From Octopus bimaculoides (taxonomy: Eukaryota): a DNA stretch of 57,210 nt. Position numbers and translations under genes: made by a program. Location of the stretch: contig NC_068981.1 in the NCBI RefSeq assembly GCF_001194135.2, forward strand, positions 143,905,379 through 143,962,588. Reading direction: 5' to 3'. The notes below the pieces were generated by a model that worked only from the letters and a program-made list of their open reading frames with translations, ran no database searches and had not been told where the DNA came from. Below, one piece after another: positions 13,010-24,960 of this stretch; the first letter of the stretch is position 1; each line of letters opens with the position of its first letter.

Positions 13010-13392
13010 CGATGTATAATCCATTTTCTTTACTTCTACGTATTTCAGCCAAAGGCTGAAGCTATGCTAAGGCACGCCATTTAATATTTATTTATGAATA
13101 TATACAAAGTGTGTGTGTAAGTGTGTGTTTGTGTATGCATGTATCTTTTATGTTATAGATATAGAACTCAGTATAGATATCCATGTTTACACACACGCGT
13201 GCACGCATTCTTACACATACTTATATACACACAAACCGTATGTCCCATTTCTAGCCGAGCTTCCTAATCAGTCTATTATATCTGAAAGCTGCGTTGTGTA
13301 TGGAACGCTTCAGGGTATAGAGACGTTTGTGATTTTATCTGTCTGCTGCCTTTGTCTTTCTATGCATCTCTCTCTCTCTTTCTCTCTCTCTC

Positions 13393-13442
<50 letters not shown>

Positions 13443-13783
13443 NNNNNNNNNNNNNNNNNNNNNNNNNNNNNNNNNNNNNNNNNNNNNNNNNNNNNNNNNN
13501 NNNNNNNNNNNNNNNNNNNNNNNNNNNNNNNNNNNNNNNNNNNNNNNNNNNNNNNNNNNNNNNNNNNNNNNNNNNNNNNNNNNNNNNNNNNNNNNNNNNN
13601 NNNNNNNNNNNNNNNNNNNNNNNNNNNNNNNNNNNNNNNNNNNNNNNNNNNNNNNNNNNNNNNNNNNNNNNNNNNNNNNNNNNNNNNNNNNNNNNNNNNN
13701 NNNNNNNNNNNNNNNNNNNNNNNNNNNNNNNNNNNNNNNNNNNNNNNNNNNNNNNNNNNNNNNNNNNNNNNNNNNNNNNNNNN

Positions 13784-13844
<61 letters not shown>

Positions 13845-14009
13845 TATGTGCAGTGGCGTGAGAGTAGATATATATATACAAACATACAATACGTACGTAC
13901 ATGCATACATACATACATACATACATACATACATACATCATATACATATGTGTGTAGACAAAATGGTAGATGCATTCATAGGTTGTGCGAGTAATACATG
14001 AGTACATAC

Positions 14010-14229
<220 letters not shown>

Positions 14230-14734
14230 TTTGAATCAATTGATAATAATCACTGAATGGAATGTCAGAAGTTCTGCTATATTAGAATTTCGTTCTACCG
14301 AGTGAATGTTTTTAAACTACAGCTATGTATTCAATGAGCTGCCCTTTCGCGCGATAGCACAGAATTATTACTAAGAATGCACTCCTTAGGTATATCGATC
14401 TCATGACTTGTTAAATTTTTGCAAGCATAATATACCACATAATGAATTATTCCCTAAGTAGATGTGGACGTCACAAAATATCTTGTCAAATTAAATTGTG
14501 TGACATGTGCGTTCCCCGGGGATTTGGTTGGTCTAAAGGATGTTCTATATGTTGGTACGTGTTTATTTCTCTATCTGTTATCCAACCAACCAACCAGCCT
14601 GTCTATCTATCTATCTACTTCTCCGTATCTTTGCTTGCCTGTTTGTTTGCCTATCTACCTATCTATCTGTGTACCTGTCTGTCAGTCTGTCTTCGTATAT
14701 GTATGTATATATATATATATATATATAGAAATAT

Positions 14735-14891
14735 ATATTCCTACTCTAGGCACAAGGCCCGAAATTTTGGGGGAGGGGCCCAGTCAATTAGACCCACCCA
14801 AGTATGCAACCGGTACTTAATTTATCGACCCGGAAAGGATAAAACGCAAAGTCGACCTCAGAAGGTAAAGACAGAAGAAATACCGCTAAGC
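14735..14891 (-). mobile_element. SINE family B (tail type 2), runs into a gap
   Basis: GGCACAAGGCCCGAAATTTT...GGTACTTAATTTATCGACCC.GAAAGGAT...AAAGTCGACCTC is the reverse complement of family B. Confidence 0.85.
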
Positions 14892-15099
14892 NNNNNNNNN
14901 NNNNNNNNNNNNNNNNNNNNNNNNNNNNNNNNNNNNNNNNNNNNNNNNNNNNNNNNNNNNNNNNNNNNNNNNNNNNNNNNNNNNNNNNNNNNNNNNNNNN
15001 NNNNNNNNNNNNNNNNNNNNNNNNNNNNNNNNNNNNNNNNNNNNNNNNNNNNNNNNNTTATAGAAATATGTTACAGAAACAAAATAGAAACTACACGTG

Positions 15100-16446
15100 G
15101 AAATGTAAGAGGAAAGTAAGAAGAAAATAAGCGAAAATGCACTTTGGAAATCAAAAAAAGTAAAACCTTTTTATGAAAACTAACGATAGATATATACAAT
15201 TAGATGAACTGAGGTAGGAATAAAAGTAATAAAAATCATTATTGTGAATTGTTAAAGAGATTCAAAAGCATACCGGTTTCGTAAAGTTATTAATCATTGC
15301 TTTGAATGCACACCGATTACTGAACGGTATCAGTTCTACTAGTCCCTGAGTAAAAAGATTATGTGTAAGGGAGGTAAGTAGTTCTGGATTTGGTGCAATT
15401 AGAGTACACATAGATCTGTAATGTGAATGGTGTATTGGATGTATGGGGGTTAGTGGTATTAATTGAAAGATTAGTAGAGTTCTGTATTATGCTTTGTGTT
15501 CATATTTAGTTGTAGAAGATATTTATTGATGAAAGTTGCCTCTTTATTCATTCTTTGTTGTTATGTGAACATTGATAGAAGAGGAAAATTAAGAAATTAG
15601 GGTTAAGATTCCTAGCGCACCTTTCTATATGTCCACTGACCTTCATCTGTCTGTACTGTGGGTGGCGGATTTGTTTCTTTGTGGAGAGTGGTTCTTCGAC
15701 GGAGTGATATTCTCTTTGGCCAATATAATTATTACCACACCCTAAGCATGTAATGGCATAGATTAGATTTTCCGAGGTACAGGTGAAATCTTAAATATTT
15801 CACCTTGTTTAAAGTGGAACTCTGAACCCTCCAAAACTTGGGGGCATGTACCACAGTTAGGTCGATCACATTTTTTCACTTTTGGTTCTGTTGTTAATGT
15901 CTTGCGCTGGTTAATATTTTTTTCAATGATTTAGGTTGCATTTTGTTTTTGATAATTTTGTGTGAGCCTAAAATTTTGTTCATAGTTTTATCTCCTGTGA
16001 GGATAGTGTTAAAGGCTTCGTTGTTTCTTGGGTTATGTGTGGAGATGTATGGGAGTATTTTAAGTCTCGTTTAGTATTTCGGTTGACTTAATGTTCGTAT
16101 ATCTATTTCCTTAGGTCGTTTAATGTCATCATTTATAAATGATATTGTGTAATGTCTTTAGATTAGTATTGATCTGAGTTCAAGGAGTTTTCGTTCACGA
16201 GTATAAGTGTCCGAAACTATGGTACATATTATTTTCGCTAGATTATAAGGTATAATAATTTTTATGTGTTGAATAATATGTATTGTTTAGAATCTGTGGG
16301 TTTATAGAAGATGTCTGTTTCGATGTAGTTATTGACTATCTTAATTAAGATGTCAAGAAAAGGGAGTTGTTAAACAGCTGTGCTCCATGGTGAATTGTAT
16401 GTTGGCATTAATATTGTTAAGCATTATTTTCAAATCGAGGAGTTTG
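15100..16446 (-). mobile_element. Penelope-like retroelement (PLE), decayed: RT C-terminus, Cys linker, GIY-YIG endonuclease and 3' region
   Basis: Minus-strand translation across frameshifts: MLNNINANIQFTMEHS..QLPFLDILIK..IETDIFYKPTDSKQY (PLE RT thumb), IPYNLAKIICTIVSD, LPYISTHNPRN, KKCDRPNCGTCP (C-x4-C-x2-C), NLIYAITCLGCGNNYIGQ (GIY-YIG, ~15716-15770), LRRRTTLHKEQIRHP. ORF remnant ends ~15487. Confidence 0.92.
15268..15309 (-). ncRNA. Degenerate minimal hammerhead motif in the PLE 3' region
   Basis: Minus: GCA-TTCAAA-GCAATGATTAATAACTTTAC-GAAA-CCGG-TA-TGC. Stem I GCA/TGC and palindromic stem III ACCGGT are present; the CUGANGA core is destroyed. Confidence 0.45.
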
Positions 16447-16962
16447 TATATATATATATATNNNNNNNNNNNNNNNNNNNNNNNNNNNNNNNNNNNNNNN
16501 NNNNNNNNNNNNNNNNNNNNNNNNNNNNNNNNNNNNNNNNNNNNNNNNNNNNNNNNNNNNNNNNNNNNNNNNNNNNNNNNNNNNNNNNNNNNNNNNNNNN
16601 NNNNNNNNNNNNNNNNNNNNNNNNNNNNNNNNNNNNNNNNNNNNNNNNNNNNNNNNNNNNNNNNNNNNNNNNNNNNNNNNNNNNNNNNNNNNNNNNNNNN
16701 NNNNNNNNNNNNNNNNNNNNNNNNNNNNNNNNNNNNNNNNNNNNNNNNNNNNNNNNNNNNNNNNNNNNNNNNNNNNNNNNNNNNNNNNNNNNNNNNNNNN
16801 NNNNNNNNNNNNNNNNNNNNNNNNNNNNNNNNNNNNNNNNNNNNNNNNNNNNNNNNNNNNNNNNNNNNNNNNNNNNNNNNNNNNNNNNNNNNNNNNNNNN
16901 NNNNNNNNNNNNNNNNNNNNNNNNNNNNNNNNNNNNNNNNNNNNNNNNNNNNNNNNNNNNNN

Positions 16963-17115
16963 ATTTGAATACACAAAAATCATTAGATTCGCTTCAACAT
17001 TTAACGGCTTTTGTGTGTTTTTAAATGGCTTATAAACACCTTCCACGCTGCAATTGCTTTTGTTTCAGCACACGATCTCAGATCAGGTCACTAGCTATGC
17101 AAGTACATCTCCGTA

Positions 17116-17116
<1 letters not shown>
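16963..17116 (+). mobile_element. PLE-type pseudo-LTR fragment (same family as 31363-31593)
   Basis: Highly similar to ~31445-31593 (AAATGGCTTATAAACACCTTCCACGCTGCAATTG...GATCTCAGATCAGGTC...CAAGTACATCTCCGTAA), followed by (TA)n(TG)n. Confidence 0.65.
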
Positions 17117-17171
<55 letters not shown>

Positions 17172-17699
17172 ATTATTATGTTGGTATATTTTTTTCATGT
17201 ATGCATGTGTTTATGCATATTTGTGTATGCAGATATGTATGTAGATATATTGATCATATATGTTGAAACACTACTAATGAACGTTGTGGACTCTTTTAGA
17301 CTTGTGACGACGGATATACCAATGCTCAGTTTGACCTTGTCTATTTAAAATACATAGGAGGAGTAATATAGTAGGAAGTGAATTCCACAACAATCCAAAG
17401 CTGAGAATGAACTGTAGCGGAGAAATCATTTTTTGAAGTAAGCAATGAGAATAGTAAACGAAATGGATGAGTCAGTTGGATTTGGACGACGATAATGTAC
17501 TATTTGCTAATTGAAAAAAAAAGCGACATGACAGTCGGTGGACAAGAGAGAGAGATGGTGGGGTAGTGTTGAGAGACAGGGAGAGGGGAATTGAGACACA
17601 GACAAAAAGAGGGAGTCAAAGAGTGATAGTCGTGATGCTCAAACCTTGCCAAAGTTATTAACGACGAAGAGTGACAGCGACGTGGTGAGTTTTGGGTAT

Positions 17700-17990
17700 T
17701 GTGTAAGATGTTAATGAATGTAGCAGCTACACTGTTTGACATATGAGAACAGTTGTAATATGAGTTTTTCAAGAATCAGTAACTTATGAGGACTGACATA
17801 TTTTGCCATCATTCGAAGACAAAAAATCCTTGCGTTTTTGGATGCTGTTACAGATATGAAGATGCCTTGAATGAAAATGTTAAATAGGTCTTGCATAAAT
17901 CCACGAAGAATCAAAATGCCTAAGAGTTTGGTGTTGATAGGACCTAGCTCTAGGGCGCTCTACCGGAGAGTAACCGTAGGGACATCCCTA
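17700..17990 (-). pseudogene. Decayed CR1/Jockey-group LINE RT C-terminal fragment
   Basis: TKLLGILIL...SVTASKNARIFCLRMMAKYVSPHKLLILEKL resembles the LLGLxF..W..HI..AKxASxKLxxLxRxxxYxxPxxLLxLYK block of such LINEs. Confidence 0.45.
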
Positions 17991-18257
17991 TAGTCAGTTA
18001 CTTTTATTTCATAGGTGAGATCGAGGAAAGATGAATTGCCTCTGCCGGGTTACAAAATACATTATACTCCCCAGCATTTATCCCACTACAATATATTGAA
18101 ATTGTATTCATGCTCAAAATCGAAATTTTTTTAATAAACATGAATTAATAATTACATTTGTAACCATTAATTGAGAAGGTCAATAAACACACACATACAC
18201 ACTCGCACACACACACAAAGGGAAATTCATACATGCTTATATACAAATATACATACA

Positions 18258-18287
<30 letters not shown>

Positions 18288-18290
<3 letters not shown>

Positions 18291-18905
18291 TGGGTATCCC
18301 ATAAATAATGCGGTTTTTTATACTCTTATTTTTTATACTTTTTATTTTTCAAAATAAAGATAAACAAAGTTCTTTTTTAATCTAATATATACTCTACTTC
18401 ATTTTCTACAATGCTCATCCATCTATCTGTTAGATTTGCAAGGCCCCTCTTCTAAAATTCACTTGTCTGTAACGAAAAATACTCCTCCACTACTGTTGTG
18501 ACTTCGTCTACAGAATTCATATTTTTCTGTCCAAATGATTTTGAAGACTGTGGGATAAATGATAATCAGATGGGGCCAATGTCCGATGAATATGGTGGGT
18601 GGGGCATAGTTTCCCATTCAAACTTCTCTAGTGTTTAGAATGTCGCCCTTGTGGTATGAGCCCGAGCATTATCCTGATGGTAGAACAACTTAAGCCGTTC
18701 AAGCTGCTCGCAGTAGATCTCTTTTGTTATTGTTTGGTTTAGGTTTAAAAGTTAAGTGTGGATTAAACTTTTCATTTCCCACCAAACAGATAACAACATC
18801 TTACGTGGGTGGTACTTTTGTAGCAATTTGATGCAGGTAGGTTATCTCCTCCAACTTTTAGTTCATGCAATTGAAAAACCGCATTATTTATGGGATGACC
18901 CGATA
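18288..18905 (-). mobile_element. Internally deleted mariner element with both TIRs and TA target-site duplication
   Basis: Left TIR TATTGGGTATCCCATAAATAATGCGG; right TIR CCGCATTATTTATGGGATGACCCGATA; TA at 18286-87 and 18906-07. Minus translation: RKMLLSVWWEMKS..NPNQTITKEIYCEQLERLK, YHQDNARAHT, WETMPHPPYSSDI, RGLANLTDRWMSIVEN. Confidence 0.93.
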
Positions 18906-19399
18906 TATGTGTGTATATACATAGTGGTCTTGCTAGCTTGGAATTTCGCTTATGTGCTCATGGGTATTCGGGCAAGTTATGACTCTTCTATGATATTGAT
19001 TACTCTTCATTCTGCCAGTTAACACAGAACGTGTGCATATATGTGCGTGTGTGAGAAAGAGAGAGAATATTCGAATATTTCTTGAGAGCAATATCGGCTT
19101 CACTCGAGGAATAACATCATGTGGTTTCAAATTTTATGCTGCTTGGTTCTTAGAAGATAGTAAACTCGAATGTGTATATTGTCTTGTATATATCCAGGTC
19201 TTGATTTGTTCAACTAGAGGTATTAGTTATCTAAGAAACCTGTATTTAATCATTCAAAGTGTTAAGAATATCAGCCAAATTTCTCTCAAAGCCCATTTTT
19301 ACTGTTTCGCAATGGCCTAGGAGAATTTAGATTATGTAATCCAAGATACTAGGAAAACGGCGCAATTACCACAGCTACCCGAGCAAAGACAAATAAATA

Positions 19400-19650
19400 T
19401 AAGAAGCCAACGATGGAACCGTTGTGTAGTTGCATATTCTGTGAGCAATAGCAGCCGATTTCCCTCAAAATTCACCTTATTGTCATTACATAACGTGGTC
19501 TTACATACACTATGCTTGAAAAAAAATCTGTTTTATATTAATTTTATTTGGTTTTGTTTTTGTTTATGTTTTTTTTTTCTTTCTGGTCTGTAATGTCTTT
19601 CATCAAAGGTCTGTTGAACCAAGCCTGACCTGAGGCTAAACAACAACGGC
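19400..19650 (+). mobile_element. SINE-like family C
   Basis: AATAGCAGCCGATTTCCCTCAAA...CTGACCTGAGGCTAAACAACAAC. Confidence 0.6.
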
Positions 19651-20259
19651 CACCATTAAAATTATAGAACTCAACATGTTTCGCAGTATTAGATTGATAT
19701 TTCTATCGGCTATAGCGTATTTATACTAAATTCAAATATAGTAAAAATGTATTAACAAACCTAAAAATAGTCTTTTGTTACAGAAATAACTTTGGACTCA
19801 TTGAATTCTTGTTTCGTTTATTTGTTTTTTATGTGCATTTGTGTATCTGTGATGTTTGTTTTTGTTCATTTTTATACACATATTTTATACATCTTACTTT
19901 TATATGTTGACTATGCAAGCAACGGATTCACCTTTGTTAAACATATTAATTTTAACTCTAATGTTAAACATTATACCAAAGGTGGAGATGTCCGTGTATA
20001 CGAGAGTATTTCTGTGCGTGTACGAGTGTATATGTATATATGTGTACACCTGCTTCTATGTTTCGGTGTGTGTAAGTATTTTGTGTTTGAAATTTTTCAG
20101 ACTGTGTATGAAAGTGTATTTCGGTGAATGTCTAAATGTCTTTATGCGTTCAAGTGTGGGTTGTATGTGTGAATACATGTATTGAAATGTCCTTTGTATT
20201 ACATTTGTGCGTCTGTGTTGTGTAGGTGTGTGTACGTGTTTGCGTGTATGTATGTGTTT

Positions 20260-20311
20260 GCATGTATGTTTCGATGTATATATATATATATATATATATG
20301 GATTGTATATG

Positions 20312-20376
<65 letters not shown>

Positions 20377-20513
20377 GTATGCATTTATGTATATATATGT
20401 CTGTATATATGTATATATATATTATATATTTTATGTATGTATATATGTATATACGTATATGTATATATATATACATATATACACACACATATATATATAT
20501 TATATATTGCATG

Positions 20514-20585
<72 letters not shown>

Positions 20586-20590
20586 AGAGG
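20260..20590. repeat. (TA)n-rich microsatellite block
   Basis: Direct inspection. Confidence 0.95.
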
Positions 20591-21669
20591 AGGGTGCCTC
20601 CGTTTTGAGTCGCCAATTATATGTGCCGGGATGTGACCATGTTCAAGTGCGTGTGTGTATTGTATATATTGAAGTGAATAAGAGTGTATTTTTCTTTCAT
20701 GTGTAAGTATGTATGCAATAATTTAACTATGTTTATGTGTTCCTGTTTCTATATGTGCATTTGTCTGAGGGCGGCGGATATAGAAAGACAGTGAATTAGC
20801 TTGTCTATACTTATGTATCAGTGTGTAATTATGGATGTATGTATTCTTTCAGGTGAGGCTAGTTTTATGTGTGTGGCTATTTGTGTGTGTGTATGTGTGT
20901 GTGTGTGTGAGTGCGTTTGTGTTTGTGTAGGCGTGTGCGCGTACGATTGCGTGTGTCTTCATTTCGGTATATGTGCATGTCTCGCACTGTATGTAATATC
21001 TATGTACGTCTGCGTGAATGCGTTCGTGTTTTGTGTCTGAATCAGTGCGTGGATATCAGATGGTTTTAGGTGTATATAACAATATGTATGTAAAGATGTG
21101 CATATATATGTATGTGTGTGTGTATGTGTATATTTATATGTGTACATTTATAATATATAAGATAAATATATACTACATATAAATATGTATATATATNNNN
21201 NNNNNNNNNNNNNNNNNNNNNNNNNNNNNNNNNNNNNNNNNNNNNNNNNNNNNNNNNNNNNNNNNNNNNNNNNNNNNNNNNNNNNNNNNNNNNNNNNNNN
21301 NNNNNNNNNNNNNNNNNNNNNNNNNNNNNNNNNNNNNNNNNNNNNNNNNNNNNNNNNNNNNNNNNNNNNNNNNNNNNNNNNNNNNNNNNNNNNNNNNNNN
21401 NNNNNNNNNNNNNNNNNNNNNNNNNNNNNNNNNNNNNNNNNNNNNNNNNNNNNNNNNNNNNNNNNNNNNNNNNNNNNNNNNNNNNNNNNNNNNNNNNNNN
21501 NNNNNNNNNNNNNNNNNNNNNNNNNNNNNNNNNNNNNNNNNNNNNNNNNNNNNNNNNNNNNNNNNNNNNNNNNNNNNNNNNNNNNNNNNNNNNNNNNNNN
21601 NNNNNNNNNNNNNNNNNNNNNNNNNNNNNNNNNNNNNNNNNNNNNNNNNNNNNNNNNNNNNNNNNNAGT

Positions 21670-21670
21670 G

Positions 21671-21751
<81 letters not shown>

Positions 21752-22260
21752 AAAAGACAATGTGTGTGTATATATGTATGTACGGTTCGGTGTGTGTACA
21801 TATATAAAAAATCTTTTCATATATGAATGATAGAGATAGCATGCCTGTTCCTGTATGGGTTAGTGTACATAAGTCTCCAGGTGCCTCAACATGTGTGTCT
21901 GTGTGCGTGTGTGTGCGTGTGAGTGAGTGCGTGTATATGTGTGAGTGCGTGTGTGTGATGATGTGTGTGGGTGTGTGTGTGTTTGTGTGCGTGTGAATGC
22001 ATGTGAATGATTGTGTGTGTGTGTAAGTGTGAATGTGTATGAGTGATTGCGTGTGTGTGCGTGTGAATGCATGTGAGTGATTGTGTGTGTGCGTGTGAGT
22101 TTGAGTGTATATGAGTGATTGTGTTTGTGTATGTGCGTGTGAGTGCGTGTGAGCTATTGGGTGTGTGTGTGTGAGTGATTGTGTATATGCTTGTGAGTGA
22201 GACAGAGAGCGTATGTACATGTATGTATGTGTATGCCTATGTGTGTATTTGTTTTGGTGT
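21670..22260. repeat. (GA)n(GAAA)n array followed by degenerate (TG)n/GAGT satellite
   Basis: Direct inspection. Confidence 0.9.
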
Positions 22261-22339
22261 GTGCGTATAAGCTTGTGCGTTGAAATATGGGATTATTTTT
22301 ATACATGTATGTATATGTGTGCAGATATATATATGTATA

Positions 22340-22371
<32 letters not shown>

Positions 22372-22885
22372 NNNNNNNNNNNNNNNNNNNNNNNNNNNNN
22401 NNNNNNNNNNNNNNNNNNNNNNNNNNNNNNNNNNNNNNNNNNNNNNNNNNNNNNNNNNNNNNNNNNNNNNNNNNNNNNNNNNNNNNNNNNNNNNNNNNNN
22501 NNNNNNNNNNNNNNNNNNNNNNNNNNNNNNNNNNNNNNNNNNNNNNNNNNNNNNNNNNNNNNNNNNNNNNNNNNNNNNNNNNNNNNNNNNNNNNNNNNNN
22601 NNNNNNNNNNNNNNNNNNNNNNNNNNNNNNNNNNNNNNNNNNNNNNNNNNNNNNNNNNNNNNNNNNNNNNNNNNNNNNNNNNNNNNNNNNNNNNNNNNNN
22701 NNNNNNNNNNNNNNNNNNNNNNNNNNNNNNNNNNNNNNNNNNNNNNNNNNNNNNNNNNNNNNNNNNNNNNNNNNNNNNNNNNNNNNNNNNAAAGATAAAA
22801 GCTTGTCAAAACTTAAAGCTACAAAAAAAAAAAATTCTCTGCGATGACATCCAAAGGATTCGTGATAAACCACAAAGCGCTAGAA

Positions 22886-22888
22886 ATG

Positions 22889-22946
<58 letters not shown>

Positions 22947-22985
22947 TGATGATGATGATGATGATGATGATGTTGATGATGGTGG

Positions 22986-23020
<35 letters not shown>

Positions 23021-23110
23021 TAACTAATGATAACGGCATAATAATAATGATAACTTTAATTGTTATTATTATCATTACTACTACTACTACTATTACAACT
23101 ACTACTATCA
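22886..23110. repeat. Compound (AAT)n(GAT)n(GGT)n(ACT)n trinucleotide repeat
   Basis: Direct inspection. Confidence 0.95.
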
Positions 23111-24165
23111 TAGGATTGTGTCTCCTTGTGTGTATATGTCTGAGTTTATTTCTAGTGCGTACACAAATATGCACAAGAGTCCATGCTTCCGTGTGTGTGT
23201 GTATGTACATGTGTGTGTATGTACATGTGTGTGTATGTGTGTGGGTGTGCATGTGTGTACGTCATTAAGTGATTGTGTGTGCTTGTGTTGATCACTAATT
23301 GTGCACTTCATGATGTGTGTATGGCAAGAAGCATATATTTTATTTGTTGTTGTTTTTTTTTTTTGGGGGGGGGGGGTTACGTAGTCCCCGCGTGTGTATG
23401 TATATGCATGTGTGTATACGTGAACTTCTATTGGTCTCCATGTATGTGTCTTCATCTATATGTAAATCACCTTTCATTTGTGAATTGCTCAGATGAAGTG
23501 CTTGTGCACACGGGTTAATCTCTGCATGTATATATGTGCATGGGCGAATATGTATAAGTGCTGTCCTGAAAATTACAACAGTTGCAACGAATGTGAATGT
23601 GTGTACATACGCCTATAACTATATGCAATAACGCATAAATATGATCGTGAATGCATGCGTTTTTTTGTAACATTCATGTGTTATCGAATAAAATGAGCAG
23701 TACTGTCTGAACAGATAACTCTATACACTAAAACAGATAACTCGATACACTAAAAGTATCACTTAACATTAGATGTCTTCTACAGAATTGCTACTGAGTG
23801 TCTGAACAAAAATTATCACCGAAGCAAGTAATATTTTATTTTATAGAGCTTAATAGCAAAATATCATCTGAAAACCAAATCTACAATTTATGCTGAAATC
23901 TTTAACTAGTATCAAATATATGATGATGTAGTAGTATCTTCTTCAAAATTCATAAGCATGCATACCATGCATGGTGGAAAAGTTTGGTATACCAATTAAA
24001 ATGTAGAATTAGATCATTCATGCAATGGATGATAACATACACGATGCAAAATATCTTATTGACGATGGTACAATTAACTCAAATATCCAACGACAAAATT
24101 ATCATTACTGATTTGATTTGCAAAGTTCATGTAAATGGAATTGAGAGACGGAAACACTACAGGAG

Positions 24166-24217
<52 letters not shown>

Positions 24218-24235
24218 GAGTGTGTGTGTGTGTGT

Positions 24236-24682
24236 TAGATAAAATGAGACAACAAAACCAAGACAGAGTGAAATTTCTATGGAATTTATAAAGAGAAAGG
24301 TAGCTTTACAGCTGTTTCAGGAATATAAAAGATATCCCATCATCTGAGACGATATAAGAGGGTTAACCAATACTTTAGACGATGACGATAACTCAACTAA
24401 TCCTACTAACACTAACCAGAATACTAGTACCCTAGATAGGATAAATAATTACAACGATAGAAATGATAACAATAATAATAATAATGTTAATAACATAGAC
24501 CAATCTACCCTATTTCTAACTTCTTTCCAAGAGAGTATTACTTCCTCTATTCCGGAGTATAATCCCCACAATGCACTACCATGTAACTGCCGCCCTGAGA
24601 CCATTTTCCCTCTACAAAACCGTTCAGAAGGTCCAACATGATTTACAAATACACCGTCCTCAACAGGCTACCAGAATTCTAC

Positions 24683-24687
<5 letters not shown>
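24236..24687. mobile_element. PLE-like fragment: antisense hammerhead-like motif plus sense Cys-rich linker
   Basis: Plus strand reads an Asn-rich linker, then [16 protein letters not shown] and (shifted frame) NMIYKYTV, cf. the CNCR..CPL..C..IYxxxV start of some PLE GIY-YIG domains. Hammerhead-like motif on the minus strand at 24304-24350. Confidence 0.55.
24304..24350 (-). ncRNA. Degenerate minimal hammerhead motif
   Basis: Minus: GTCT-CAGATGA-T-GGGATAT-CTTTT-ATATTCC-T-GAAA-CAGCTG-TA-AAGC. 7-bp stem II and palindromic ACAGCTGT; U4 is replaced by A and stem I is imperfect. Confidence 0.55.
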
Positions 24688-24729
<42 letters not shown>

Positions 24730-24759
24730 CATACATACATACATACATACATACATACA

Positions 24760-24791
<32 letters not shown>

Positions 24792-24812
24792 CGGAGACAC
24801 AATACAAGAGTG

Positions 24813-24960
24813 CCTGTAACTTACCGGTTCGGCACAGAGTTAAGTAGAGTAAAAACAAAACATCAAATCAAGTATTAGGGTCGATTTAATTTACCAAACC
24901 CGTCAAGGAATTGTCAAATATACTCCAACTCCATTGACTGAATGCAGTAAAAGAGTAAAA
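24813..24960 (+). mobile_element. SINE family A 3' half, diverged
   Basis: GTAACTTACCGGTTCGGCA...AGGGTCGATTT...GACTGAATGCAGTAAAAGAGTAAAA. Confidence 0.6.
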
